Assembly: GCA_944381365.1 (NCBI GenBank) | Contig: CALWKW010000002.1 | Location: forward strand, 64,318-128,317 | Direction of reading: 5' to 3' | DNA from: an uncultured Christensenellaceae bacterium | GTDB lineage: Bacteria > Bacillota > Clostridia > Christensenellales > UBA3700 | DNA length: 64,000 nt | In this document: piece by piece, positions 31,286 to 40,892 of the stretch | How positions within the stretch are numbered: the stretch's first letter is position 1 | How the letters are laid out: every line of letters starts with the position of its first letter | Position numbers and translations under genes: made by a program | Notes under the pieces: generated by a model | The model's database searches: none | Seen by the model: the letters and a program-made list of their open reading frames with translations, nothing else | What the model was told of the DNA's origin: nothing

Positions 31286-32722
31286 TTGCACGATATGTGC
31301 ATAAGGGGATTTCTGACTTTTTGTATGAGAAAACCTTTTAGTTTGAACGAATCTATTCTTACTCGTTCATACAAAAATATAATATTTAAGCATCTTACGA
31401 CAGCAAGAATACTCTTGCTTGGTTTTGCTATAATAATCTTGGTCGGTTCTCTTCTTCTTATGTTGCCCTTTGCGACAAAAGAAGGTGTCGAACTCAAGTT
31501 CATAGACGCATTGTTTACAGCCACTTCCGCCACTTGCGTGACAGGTCTTATAATTGCCCCTACGGCAAACATCTTTACGCCATTCGGTCAAGTGGTTATT
31601 CTTTTGTTGATACAAATCGGCGGTCTGGGATTCATGACGCTTACTTCCTTTTTCTATTCTATGCTCGGAAGAAAGCTCTCCTTAAGACGCAGAATAAGCA
31701 TGAGCGAAGATATGCAGTCAGGTATGGGAAGACTCAAATCTATTGCTATCAAAATCGTAATCCTCGCTTTCGGCGTGGAAATTCTGGGTATAATATTTCT
31801 TACAATAGGTTTTTCGATACAAGGATATTCTTTCGGACAGTCTTTGTGGTATGGTATATTCCACAGCGTTTCTGCTTTTTGTAATGCCGGCTTTGATGTC
31901 GTAAGTCTTACGGGCACTTCCCTTGTCGGTGTAAACAACAACTATCTTATTCTCATTACTCTTGCCCTTCTTATAGGAATAGGCGGTATAGGTTTTATAG
32001 TGCTTATCGACATATCCGAAAACAGAAGATTCAGAAGATTGTCCTTGCACACAAAGATAGTAATTTTAATGACATTGGTATTCACTTTCGGCGGAGCTTT
32101 CGTCTTCTGGATTGCCGAAAGAAACAACCCTGCCACTATCGGCAATATGCCTTTATTGGGACAATGGGTGAATTGTTATTTCCACTCTGTTTCCTGCCGT
32201 ACAGCAGGCTTCAACAGCTTTGATTTGACAAAAATGAGCGATTTGTCGACAGGCACCACAATGCTTTTGATGTTTGTGGGTGCAGCTCCCGGCTCTACGG
32301 GCGGCGGTATAAAAGTCACGACAGTATTTATTCTTGCTGCACAAGTTATCGCTACTTTGCGTAATAAAAAAGAATTTGTAGTGGATATGAAAGCCGTAGG
32401 CACAAATACCCTTACAAAAGCCGTAACGGTAGTATCCCTCGCTCTTTCAGTAATGATTACAAGTATGTTTATCATGCTTATCGCAGAAAACAATGTCGAA
32501 GAGACCTCAATGGAAGCTCTCATATTTGAGCAGATAAGTGCTTATGCTACATGCGGACTGTCTCTTGGAGTGACGCCGTTGTTGTCGCCTATAAGCAAAA
32601 TCATAATAATGCTGAATATGTATCTCGGTCGTATAGGTGCGTTCACATTCTTCATGTCTTTTACGAAAAACACAAGACAAGTGGACAAAATCAAATACCC
32701 CGAGGCAAATATAACTGTATAA
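31286..32722 (+). CDS. TrkH/KtrB-family potassium uptake membrane subunit
   Basis: Repeated pore-loop signatures (SATCVTGL, SAFCNAGF, SCRTAGF, CGLSLG). The true start may be the ATG at 31325. Confidence 0.9.
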   Translation: MHDMCIRGFLTFCMRKPFSLNESILTRSYKNIIFKHLTTARILLLGFAIIILVGSLLLMLPFATKEGVELKFIDALFTATSATCVTGLIIAPTANIFTPFGQVVILLLIQIGGLGFMTLTSFFYSMLGRKLSLRRRISMSEDMQSGMGRLKSIAIKIVILAFGVEILGIIFLTIGFSIQGYSFGQSLWYGIFHSVSAFCNAGFDVVSLTGTSLVGVNNNYLILITLALLIGIGGIGFIVLIDISENRRFRRLSLHTKIVILMTLVFTFGGAFVFWIAERNNPATIGNMPLLGQWVNCYFHSVSCRTAGFNSFDLTKMSDLSTGTTMLLMFVGAAPGSTGGGIKVTTVFILAAQVIATLRNKKEFVVDMKAVGTNTLTKAVTVVSLALSVMITSMFIMLIAENNVEETSMEALIFEQISAYATCGLSLGVTPLLSPISKIIIMLNMYLGRIGAFTFFMSFTKNTRQVDKIKYPEANITV

Positions 32723-32749
32723 TACACAATACACAAAAAGGAGTTTGTT

Positions 32750-33454
32750 ATGAGAAAATTCAAACACCAGAAAAACCAACAATTTGCCATATTGGGACTA
32801 GGAAAATTCGGTATGGAAATTGCAAAAGCCCTTTATAATTACGGTTATGAAGTACTCGCAGTCGATATCGATGAGGAAAAAGTAAACGAAATCACAAATT
32901 TCTGCACGCACTCTCTCGTGGCAGATGTAAGTGAAGAAAGCACTTTAAGATCCATAGGAATAGAAAATTTCGATACGGTAGTAATCGCTATCGGCAACAA
33001 TATGCAGGCTTCTATCATTACTGCCCTTACCTGTATGGAAATGGGAGTAAAAAACATACTCGCCAAAGCTCACAACGAAAAACACGGAAAAGTTCTCAAC
33101 AAGATAGGTATAAATCAAGTTATTTATCCTGAGGCTGCTATGGCGATAAAAGTAGCTACTACTCTCATAAACCCCAATATTCAAAACCACATGGAGATAG
33201 TGGCAGGATATTCTATCGCTGAAATCAGAATTCCCGACAAATGGATAAACAAAAATCTCGGCGAACTTGCATTAAGAAGCGAATATGCAGTCAATGTCCT
33301 TATAATCATACGAGCAAATGACGAAGTTATCACATCTCCGACAGGCGACACATTGTTGCAAGAAGACGATATCATCGTTGTCGGCGGAAGCAATCAGGAT
33401 ATAGAAAACCTTAGCTTTACAGCAAACAAGCTCTCACAGGCTGATAAAGAATAA
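32750..33454 (+). CDS. TrkA/KtrA potassium uptake regulatory subunit (RCK domains)
   Basis: Rossmann ILGLGKFGMEIAKAL plus an RCK_C C-terminus. Confidence 0.9.
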   Translation: MRKFKHQKNQQFAILGLGKFGMEIAKALYNYGYEVLAVDIDEEKVNEITNFCTHSLVADVSEESTLRSIGIENFDTVVIAIGNNMQASIITALTCMEMGVKNILAKAHNEKHGKVLNKIGINQVIYPEAAMAIKVATTLINPNIQNHMEIVAGYSIAEIRIPDKWINKNLGELALRSEYAVNVLIIIRANDEVITSPTGDTLLQEDDIIVVGGSNQDIENLSFTANKLSQADKE

Positions 33455-33473
33455 TTTTATTTTATCAAAAACA

Positions 33474-33500
33474 AAAGGCGGATTTTTATCCGCCTTTTTT
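33474..33500. terminator. bidirectional Rho-independent terminator
   Basis: AAAGGCGGA-TTTTTA-TCCGCCTTT followed by a T-run (coordinates +/-2). Confidence 0.7.
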
Positions 33501-33530
33501 ATTCTGTTATAGCAATATACTATACTCTAA

Positions 33531-35825
33531 TCATATATTAAAGAAAGATTCTCTTATGCAGAAATTAAGCACGCTTGTCGTCCTTGCGGTATATACCAAT
33601 TTGCCTAGTCTCTCGGTATACAAAGCATTGTCGCCGTCTGCTTCTATATAAGTACTTGCCGTCTCTTTGACCATATTGCCCTCTTCGTCATAGCTTATGA
33701 TACCTGTCGAAAGATATGAGCTATAACCTGTATCATCTTTAAGATTTGCAAGCACCGTATCGAGTATGGTCTTATAATCTATCTGACCTTTGAGAGAATA
33801 TTTTCTTTCGCCCTTTCCATCGATTTTCTTTTGGTCAAATACGATATATTTTCCGCTCCACTTTATAGGACTGCCCAAAAATACTGCAAGGTAATAGTCT
33901 TTATCCTCGTCAAGCTCCTCATCGTTGAGAGTAATGGTAAAATCATAATAGAATACGCCGTCTTTTGCATAAGAATTGCTTTCTTGCTCTAATATACAAA
34001 GTATAGCATTTTGAAGAATTTCCTTCATCTCTTCGTCTGAAATGACAGTGCATTCTTTTTGAGCTTGTTTTTCTATCTCTACCGTCTTATCAAAATCATA
34101 GATATTGTCGATATAGCTGTCAGACAGTTTTTGCGTAAACCTATTTATTTCCGTCTCGAATACAAAATCCTCAAGGCTTCCCGCCACTGAACATGCAGCA
34201 TCGGTATTGATGAGATTTTTATTGAGATTTTCCAAGGTCTTTGCTATCTCTTTTTTTACAAGCTCGTTGTCTTTATAAATACTGTTTTGGTTGACAAACA
34301 ACATAGAGCTTTTTCTCGAGATGTTTTCGCTTGGCTGAATGTGATGACATTCTTTGATAAAATCACTGCATGCAAAGTTGTCTGATATACAGTCGTCACA
34401 AGCAATATCTTTGAGAGTGTATTCAGAGGCGTCATAGACAATCGACTTTTTTATATTCTCTTCTTTATAATAGATATTGTCGTTTTCGTCCCAGCTACCT
34501 GATACACGATAACAATTTCTGAGGCTAGTGTCTTTTGAAGGAGTCTCGTAAGGATTAAAATAATCCCATGCCTCAGTAAAATACATTACATTTTCTCCTG
34601 ACCTTCTGTAATAAGCAAGATTAGTGTATTTTGTGTTGCTAAGATATAGCGAAGGATATGCTCTGTCAATCTTCAGCATGCTGACATCGTCTTCTTTGGA
34701 ATAATCCATTTCAAAATACTTTATTACCATTCCGTATTCGCTGATATCCTGAATGTCCACTACTTCTCTTACATAATAATTTTTTTCTTCGTCAAGATAA
34801 TAATATTCTCTTAAATCATTTGATATTGTAAAAAATACCGACAACTTGGATGCACTTGAGTTTTCCGTATTCTTTATCACTTGCAAAGATATAGGATAAT
34901 AATCGTCTTTGAGTCTGACAAACTTTATGCACTGACACTCAACCACTTCTTTTCCTTCTGTGTTTGTATAATAATCCACTTGTATTACTTCTCTGAAATA
35001 ATTTATGGCTTTGCTGTCCCATACATACAATTTTCTCGTACTGCTGTCATAAGTATCAGTAAAATAATCGCTTCTGACACGAGTCATAGAGATATGTTGA
35101 TTTGTCTTGTCATATGACAAATAATAATAGTTGTTTGAATATTTATCCGCATCCTGAATATAAGGCATTGAATAAGGCATTTTGAACCACTGATTATACC
35201 CAGGAATAATCTTGAGCATAAACAATGCTTCGTCTTTTATATCCTCTATACTCATTGAGTCTTTGTATCTCGAAGTGCTGTTTAAAGCTCCAATATTTTG
35301 GATTATTTGTTCATAGTCTTCTGTATTAAGCTCGAGCGAGCCGTCTTGCAATTCAAATACATTATTCACTATCTCATAACCTTTATTTGCATTGTCATTC
35401 GATGCCATTGCTAAAGACGAAGTAGAATCGCTTGCAAGCTGATGTATATCGGGGAGATATTGTGCGTTCATGACCTTGGTCGTCATATCTATTCTTTCTC
35501 CGTTTTGAATAGGACTTTCAATGACGATTGCTTGTGGAATTTCCCTTCCGCCGCCGCTATTGAATACAATAGAAAGCACAATGACGAGTATCAGCACTAC
35601 CGATACGCATGAACTCAAAGCCACCCACAATTTCTTTGACTTTGGCAAAACAAATCTTCTTGTATTTTGCTGTGTATATGTCTTTTGTACTACATTATCG
35701 CTTTTTGTTTTTTTGTCGGATAATTCTTTTTGACGGGCATAAAGATTTTGCAAAATAGTAGTTTTTGCTTCAACGCTCATTTTGATATTCGATAAGGATT
35801 GTGTGTATTTACATTCTTTTATCAT
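33531..35825 (-). CDS. putative anti-sigma factor: short cytoplasmic N-terminus, one TM helix, ~680-aa extracytoplasmic domain
   Basis: Begins 1 nt after the ECF sigma gene. TM helix LWVALSSCVSVVLILVIVLSIVF at about aa 65-90. Confidence 0.55.
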   Translation of the reverse strand: MIKECKYTQSLSNIKMSVEAKTTILQNLYARQKELSDKKTKSDNVVQKTYTQQNTRRFVLPKSKKLWVALSSCVSVVLILVIVLSIVFNSGGGREIPQAIVIESPIQNGERIDMTTKVMNAQYLPDIHQLASDSTSSLAMASNDNANKGYEIVNNVFELQDGSLELNTEDYEQIIQNIGALNSTSRYKDSMSIEDIKDEALFMLKIIPGYNQWFKMPYSMPYIQDADKYSNNYYYLSYDKTNQHISMTRVRSDYFTDTYDSSTRKLYVWDSKAINYFREVIQVDYYTNTEGKEVVECQCIKFVRLKDDYYPISLQVIKNTENSSASKLSVFFTISNDLREYYYLDEEKNYYVREVVDIQDISEYGMVIKYFEMDYSKEDDVSMLKIDRAYPSLYLSNTKYTNLAYYRRSGENVMYFTEAWDYFNPYETPSKDTSLRNCYRVSGSWDENDNIYYKEENIKKSIVYDASEYTLKDIACDDCISDNFACSDFIKECHHIQPSENISRKSSMLFVNQNSIYKDNELVKKEIAKTLENLNKNLINTDAACSVAGSLEDFVFETEINRFTQKLSDSYIDNIYDFDKTVEIEKQAQKECTVISDEEMKEILQNAILCILEQESNSYAKDGVFYYDFTITLNDEELDEDKDYYLAVFLGSPIKWSGKYIVFDQKKIDGKGERKYSLKGQIDYKTILDTVLANLKDDTGYSSYLSTGIISYDEEGNMVKETASTYIEADGDNALYTERLGKLVYTARTTSVLNFCIRESFFNI

Positions 35826-35826
35826 A

Positions 35827-36309
35827 CTATCTTTCCTCCAACAAATTCTTGAGTTTTTCTCTTGCCCTGCAAAGTCTTATGTTTATAGAATTTGCACTTT
35901 TGCCTGTTATTTTTGCTATCTCTTTTATGCTATACCCTTCATAGTAGTACAGATATATCACATTTCTGTCAAACTCCGGCAAAAGGGTTATTTCCTCCAA
36001 TCCGTCTTCATGCGTATATGTCGGCACCTTTATGTTTTCATCGAGAGCAAGCACTTTTTTCCTCATTGATTTGAGATAGTTTTTGCTCTTGTTTATCGCC
36101 ACTCTTATGAGCCAAGCTTTGAGATATTCTTCTGTCTTGAATGGCATTTTTTTGAGCATTGCCATAAAAACATCTTGTACAATATCCTCAGATTCGCTAG
36201 AGTTTCGGGTATATTGATATGCCAATCTGAACAACATGTCGCTGTATGTATTGACAATATAATTTATATCCTTTATATCTTTATCTCCCATTTTGTCCCC
36301 GTTGTTCAA
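35827..36309 (-). CDS. ECF-type RNA polymerase sigma-70 family factor
   Basis: Region 2 (YSDMLFRLAYQYT...DIVQDVFM) and region 4 HTH (YSIKEIAKITGKSANSINIRLCRAREKLK). Confidence 0.85.
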   Translation of the reverse strand: MNNGDKMGDKDIKDINYIVNTYSDMLFRLAYQYTRNSSESEDIVQDVFMAMLKKMPFKTEEYLKAWLIRVAINKSKNYLKSMRKKVLALDENIKVPTYTHEDGLEEITLLPEFDRNVIYLYYYEGYSIKEIAKITGKSANSINIRLCRAREKLKNLLEER

Positions 36310-36312
36310 ATT

Positions 36313-37062
36313 TTATATCGTTCCTATTTGCCTCAAAACAAAATAATCCTGCGTAGTCAAAAATTCTGCATTCCTTACTGCGTCATCTACCGAAAATTCA
36401 CTAGGTTGTATGCCGTCTACCAATTCCCAATTTGTCTTTTTGAGAAAAACAGCTTCTTTGATACCGCTTTCTTTAAATGCCGAAGAATATAAATGCGTCA
36501 AACTTGCAGGAAAAACTACGCTTGTAATATTTTTACATCCTTGAAAAGCCGATTCTCCTATTTTTAAAAGGCTTTCGGGAAATACTATATCAGATATACT
36601 TGTACCTAAAAAAGCTCTGCTGTATATTATTTCCACGCCATAAGGTATATTTATTTTTGTGAGATCACTGCAACCCTGAAATGCACTAGTTCCTATATCG
36701 ACAATACTTTCAGGTAATACAACCTCTTTTAGACCGCTATAATAAAATGCATTATTATCTATTGATTTTACGCCATAAGGTATATTTATATAAGTGAGAT
36801 TTTTACACGAATGAAATGCACTTTTTCCGATAACTTCCAAAGTACTTGGAATTTGCACCTCACTGACACTGCTGAATGCAAAAGCAGATTCATTCAAAGT
36901 CGTAAGTCCCTCGGGAAGATTAATTTGAGAAAGATTTTCACATTCATAAAAAGCATATTCTTCTATTGTCTTTAAGTTTTCAGAAAACTTAATATTCTGA
37001 ATACTGCTATAAGCAAAGGCACCTTTGTTTAACCCTGTTAGAACACCATATAAGATTGCCAC
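36313..37062 (-). pseudogene. BspA-type leucine-rich-repeat protein, 5-prime truncated at the element junction
   Basis: About 23-aa LRR units recur (IPxGVxxIxxxAFxxCxxL). There is no signal peptide, the track start is a GTG, and an in-frame TAG lies immediately upstream, exactly where GC content rises. Confidence 0.6.
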
Positions 37063-37178
37063 CTAAAAAAATAGCAAATCAACCCTTATTTTTTAATGCC
37101 TTTCGTGGTGTCGTTGTACCACGGAATTAAGCGGCAAGTCAACGGAAAAATTTATTGCAGAAGCCATAAAAAGAAAGG

Positions 37179-37217
37179 ACAGTCATACTCGATCAAGAGT
37201 GTGGCTGTTCTTTTATT
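37179..37217 (+). terminator. orphan terminator-like hairpin in the non-coding left end of the element
   Basis: ACAGTCATACTC-GATCAA-GAGTGTGGCTGT: 12 bp as RNA on the + strand including two G-U pairs, followed by TCTTTTATT. Confidence 0.4.
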
Positions 37218-37379
37218 ATTCCGTGATTGCAATCAGACGCGACAAACCGACGCAATAATTTTTTCTTCATCGTTGACTTCCGAGAGGCTGCACTTGCAGG
37301 CTGACCGATTCGTGCTTCATTCGGTGGTCCTTAGCCACTGCCGAAAGGCAAAAATAAAAAATAAGGAGATTTGAAGCAA

Positions 37380-37649
37380 ATGAAAAAGGTTATCTACTCG
37401 ATCACCAAGTTAGGAAAGGTCGAAAACACAAAGATTACAGGTATCGGATACATCACCGATGAAGACCTGATTACGGCAAATGTCAGCAAGACTGGCAAGC
37501 CGTATATCAGAATTTTCCCTTGCGTGAAAAATTGCCATCCTGTAATGAACAGCACAGACGAATTCAAAGGCGCGTACTACGAAATCGTCGAATACAACGA
37601 GCGGGATATAGAGGTCAACTACTATATCTGGTTCAAACTTGCGAAATAA
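37380..37649 (+). CDS. hypothetical small protein (first gene of the + strand array)
   Basis: AAGGAG lies 11 nt upstream of the ATG at 37380 (the track ORF begins at TTG 37371). Confidence 0.55.
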   Translation: MKKVIYSITKLGKVENTKITGIGYITDEDLITANVSKTGKPYIRIFPCVKNCHPVMNSTDEFKGAYYEIVEYNERDIEVNYYIWFKLAK

Positions 37650-37666
37650 CAAAGGAGATAAAGACC

Positions 37667-37903
37667 ATGAAGAAACAATACCAACTGAGCGAATTCCAAT
37701 TCTATGACGGAGAAGAGTTCATCACCTTCAACCTCATAGACATCAACACGGAAAAGAAAGAGATCACGGTCGCCGTGACAGACCGCGGACGCATCAGCGT
37801 TCACACATTCGACCTGCTGGAAGATTGCGGCAGGCTCTACTTCGAATACGGCGTAGGCTTCAATCAGATCGACTTGGACGACTTCGAGGAGGTGGACGAA
37901 TGA
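37667..37903 (+). CDS. hypothetical acidic small protein, 78 aa
   Basis: AAAGGAG RBS. ATG at 37667 inside track ORF 37520..37903. Acidic tail DLDDFEEVDE. Confidence 0.55.
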   Translation: MKKQYQLSEFQFYDGEEFITFNLIDINTEKKEITVAVTDRGRISVHTFDLLEDCGRLYFEYGVGFNQIDLDDFEEVDE

Positions 37904-38313
37904 AACTCACTCTTGCGAACATCAAAGAACTCAAGCGCAATTCGGACAGTCCCCTGCTCAAACGAGTTTGCAACTATGTCATAGACCGTTGGAGCGACTA
38001 CAACGACAAGAAGGGCATCTTTACGGATGTCCTTCATTATGGCTGCCAATCGGGTATCGTAGGCGAACTTATCTATTATTCGGACACGGTGCGCTTTTAC
38101 AAGCAATATCGACAGGAGATCAATACGCTGCTGTATGACCTTATGAACGGAACAGGGCTTTACTCCCCTACCGAACTTTTCGGCGACAAGTGGGACAAGG
38201 AAGATCCGCTTGCGCAGGATATTTGCAACCAAAACCTTCTGGCGTGGTTCGGCTTTGAAGAAACGCTCCGGAACATCGGCTACAACTTCGAAACTTTACA
38301 AAATTGCATTTGA
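37900..38313 (+). CDS. hypothetical protein, 137 aa
   Basis: Its ATG overlaps the upstream stop (ATGA coupling). Sequence starts MKLTLANIKELKRNSDSPLL. Confidence 0.55.
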   Translation: MKLTLANIKELKRNSDSPLLKRVCNYVIDRWSDYNDKKGIFTDVLHYGCQSGIVGELIYYSDTVRFYKQYRQEINTLLYDLMNGTGLYSPTELFGDKWDKEDPLAQDICNQNLLAWFGFEETLRNIGYNFETLQNCI

Positions 38314-38326
38314 GGAGGATACGAAA

Positions 38327-38740
38327 ATGACAGACAAGAACATCGCAAAGAAAGAAAAGGCTATCGAGCTTATGAAACGGCTGGACATCTATAAGCCGTA
38401 TATCAAGGGCTTCCGCGAAAGCGACAAAGTTTGCTTCTTTGAAGGCTTCGGCGGCTTCTGGATAGACCAAGAACCCGAAGTCTATGCCAAGATGAAGGCT
38501 ATCGAAAAGAAATACGGATGCCTCGTCTATGCCGTAACGCACGAATTTACTCCGTTCGGCGAATGCTACTCCTTCCTCATCGTATCGGACTATCCCGAAG
38601 AATGGGACGACTTAATGAACGATGACGGAAACAGACACTGCGCTTACGCCTATGTCTGGAACAAAGACGATGAATGGTGTTCGGAGTTCGGCGACATAAT
38701 CGTGCAGAGCTTTGGCGGCGGTATCAAGAGAGTCGCGTGA
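38327..38740 (+). CDS. hypothetical protein, 137 aa
   Basis: GAGGAGG RBS. ATG at 38327 inside track ORF 38210..38740. Confidence 0.55.
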   Translation: MTDKNIAKKEKAIELMKRLDIYKPYIKGFRESDKVCFFEGFGGFWIDQEPEVYAKMKAIEKKYGCLVYAVTHEFTPFGECYSFLIVSDYPEEWDDLMNDDGNRHCAYAYVWNKDDEWCSEFGDIIVQSFGGGIKRVA

Positions 38741-38748
38741 GGTGAAAT

Positions 38749-39060
38749 ATGAAAGTATATCTTGTAAAACTCGATTGGTCCACCGAAGACAGCAACGACA
38801 TCGAATTGTTCGTTTGCGGCACTTATGACAAGGCTTACGAAAAGTTCAAGGAACTTATCGCAAACGAAATGAACCCTGACAACTCGTGGGTTGGCGAACT
38901 CGAATGGGAAAACGGCGTTCCGAAAGACGACAAAATCGAACTCGACTTTCTGGATCGTCGCAGCGACACCGATGAAACCGAATGCTATTGGCTTATCACC
39001 GATACTTGGGATTACGGCGTCCGCACCCACATCTCTATCGAAATCAAGGAGGTCTTATGA
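38749..39060 (+). CDS. hypothetical acidic protein, 103 aa
   Basis: GAGGTG RBS-like sequence upstream, tightly packed in the array. Confidence 0.55.
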   Translation: MKVYLVKLDWSTEDSNDIELFVCGTYDKAYEKFKELIANEMNPDNSWVGELEWENGVPKDDKIELDFLDRRSDTDETECYWLITDTWDYGVRTHISIEIKEVL

Positions 39061-39260
39061 AACCGTTCAAAACACAGGCTCACATCCACTCCCTTGACGG
39101 GCAGGTGGATGAGATAACAATCTTGGAAGAACTTGGGCACAACAGCTATTTAGTGGATTATCGCGGGGTGAAATGCTCCGCGATTTTTAATCCCTTCAAC
39201 TGCACCTACTACGCAGACGACATCTATGGAATCGTCAAGGAGGAAACGAACAATGGCTAA
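39057..39260 (+). CDS. hypothetical small protein, 67 aa
   Basis: ATGA overlap with the upstream gene. Sequence starts MKPFKTQAHIHSLDGQ. Confidence 0.5.
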   Translation: MKPFKTQAHIHSLDGQVDEITILEELGHNSYLVDYRGVKCSAIFNPFNCTYYADDIYGIVKEETNNG

Positions 39261-39627
39261 AATCGCAGAACTCAAAAAGTATCTCGGATATGAATTCTCT
39301 TCCGGGAGTTACACCGGCGAGGACTACAAGTCCTTCCAAACAAAGTACATCAACTATCTGAAAGCGATATGCCGCGAAAATCATTGGCAGCTCGTCAATG
39401 TCGGGAGAAACCACTACTGCTTCTCTGCCTTTATCAAGAGTGCGGAAAACAAGTGCGTGTACATATCCATCTCGGAGGTCAGGTACTTTACGAACGAATG
39501 GTTCAGCCATATTCTCATTCGGACAGCGAAAGACGAACAGGACTACCGAGGCGGCTTCAACCACTACACGACGCTTGAAAACCTCGATAGCAAAGCAGCC
39601 GAACTGCTTGAAGACTTACCCTTTTAA
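39253..39627 (+). CDS. hypothetical protein, 124 aa
   Basis: ATG at 39253 (MAKIAELKKYLGYEF) overlaps the upstream gene by 8 nt. Confidence 0.5.
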   Translation: MAKIAELKKYLGYEFSSGSYTGEDYKSFQTKYINYLKAICRENHWQLVNVGRNHYCFSAFIKSAENKCVYISISEVRYFTNEWFSHILIRTAKDEQDYRGGFNHYTTLENLDSKAAELLEDLPF

Positions 39628-39638
39628 GGAGGCTCGAA

Positions 39639-39902
39639 ATGAAATCCGTAATCTGGGATCTCTACCACGGCAATATATGCGGCAAAGACATCAAAGTCCC
39701 CGTTAAAGACCGCAAAGAAGAGTTCGCCGTGTATGACAAATTAAAGGCTACCATCTCGGAAGAGAGCAACGCCCTCTTTGAGGAATTTCTCGAACTTTCC
39801 TCCGAAAGTCAAGACGCAGCCATGCTTATGACTTACAAACGCGGCGTAGCGTTTGGGCTGTTGCTTGCCTTCGAATCGTTTGAACAAGGAGATGAATTAT
39901 GA
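39639..39902 (+). CDS. hypothetical small protein, 87 aa
   Basis: AAGGAGG RBS. Its stop overlaps the next start (ATGA). Confidence 0.55.
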   Translation: MKSVIWDLYHGNICGKDIKVPVKDRKEEFAVYDKLKATISEESNALFEEFLELSSESQDAAMLMTYKRGVAFGLLLAFESFEQGDEL

Positions 39903-40888
39903 AACAACTGAATTTGGAAGCGAAAACCAAAGAACAGCAGCGTATCAAAGCCTACCTCGAAGAAAACGCCTCGGATATCCTTGTAGGGAAAATCAACAAC
40001 GGCGTTCTCATCAAGAAAGACGGAAGGATCCTGCTCAACCGCAAAACAATGGACGGCTTTATGTCCTTTGCGACCGAAGAAGCGAGAAAGCAAGCCGAAA
40101 AGGGCGCAAGATACGCTATGGTTGAAGACGATGTCGTATTCGGCTGGGCTGTCCACTATTTCCAAGAGGACAGCATCGAAGGCACGCTCTTTAACGAGGA
40201 CGGCTCCGAATATAAGACGCAGCCAAAACCGGCAGCAAAGGCGCCTGCGGTGAAAGCGCAACCCAAACCGCAGCCCAAGCCGCAGATGTCTATGTTCGAC
40301 CTTATGGGAGAAGACCTCGAAGGCAAGCCCGAAGACAACGAGGATACTATGCCGTCTGATGAAGAGATACAGGAGATCATGGCGGAAATAGCCGAGGAAG
40401 AAAAGGCGAAACAACAAAAGCCCACGACCTCTCCCGTATATCGGAAGTATCTTGAGGTGCAAGACAGGTATCCGCAAGCAATTATCGCCATGCGCTTGGG
40501 CGACTTCTATGAAGTGTTCGGCAAGAACGCAGAGGTACTTGCAAACGAACTTCCTCTTACCCTTACAGGACGGAACTGCGGACTTGAAAGCCGTGTGCCG
40601 ATGGTCGGATTTCCGTATCACACTGCGGAGATGTACTTCGGCAAAATCTTGAGCAACGGGCATACACTCGTCGTCATGGAAAACGACGATGAAATGCGCG
40701 AACTGCCTGCGAAACAGGAAGTAGACCTTGAAACAAGCGAGATACTCTCCGAAGAAGAGATGCGCGAGTTTGACGGCGACATCGAAGAGCCGAAAGACCT
40801 TGACGATGACATTGACGCTTCCGCCTTCGATAGAGACGCGCTCTGTAAGCTGGACGAAATGTTCGGCGACAAACTTACTTTGAGGTGA
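39899..40888 (+). CDS. fusion protein: PcfK/AcrIIA9-like N-terminal domain + acidic/Pro-Lys linker + MutS domain I (mismatch-binding domain) homolog
   Basis: The N-terminus (RIKAYLEENAS...VEDDVVFGWAVHYFQEDSIEG) matches the PcfK-like pattern as I remember it. The C-terminus (YRKYLEVQDRYPQAIIAMRLGDFYEVFGKNAEVLANELPLTLTGR...VPMVGFPYHTAEMYFGKILSNGHTLVVME) aligns by eye to the MutS N-terminus (QYLxxKxxxPxxxLxxRxGDFYExF...LTxR...IPMxGxPYH...Y). Confidence 0.65.
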   Translation: MKQLNLEAKTKEQQRIKAYLEENASDILVGKINNGVLIKKDGRILLNRKTMDGFMSFATEEARKQAEKGARYAMVEDDVVFGWAVHYFQEDSIEGTLFNEDGSEYKTQPKPAAKAPAVKAQPKPQPKPQMSMFDLMGEDLEGKPEDNEDTMPSDEEIQEIMAEIAEEEKAKQQKPTTSPVYRKYLEVQDRYPQAIIAMRLGDFYEVFGKNAEVLANELPLTLTGRNCGLESRVPMVGFPYHTAEMYFGKILSNGHTLVVMENDDEMRELPAKQEVDLETSEILSEEEMREFDGDIEEPKDLDDDIDASAFDRDALCKLDEMFGDKLTLR

Positions 40889-40892
40889 AATC

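Noticed and set aside
37096-37374. 92-aa + strand ORF in the element's left end
   Set aside because: No RBS and unconvincing composition. It spans an intrinsic-terminator-like hairpin. I treat it as a non-coding leader.
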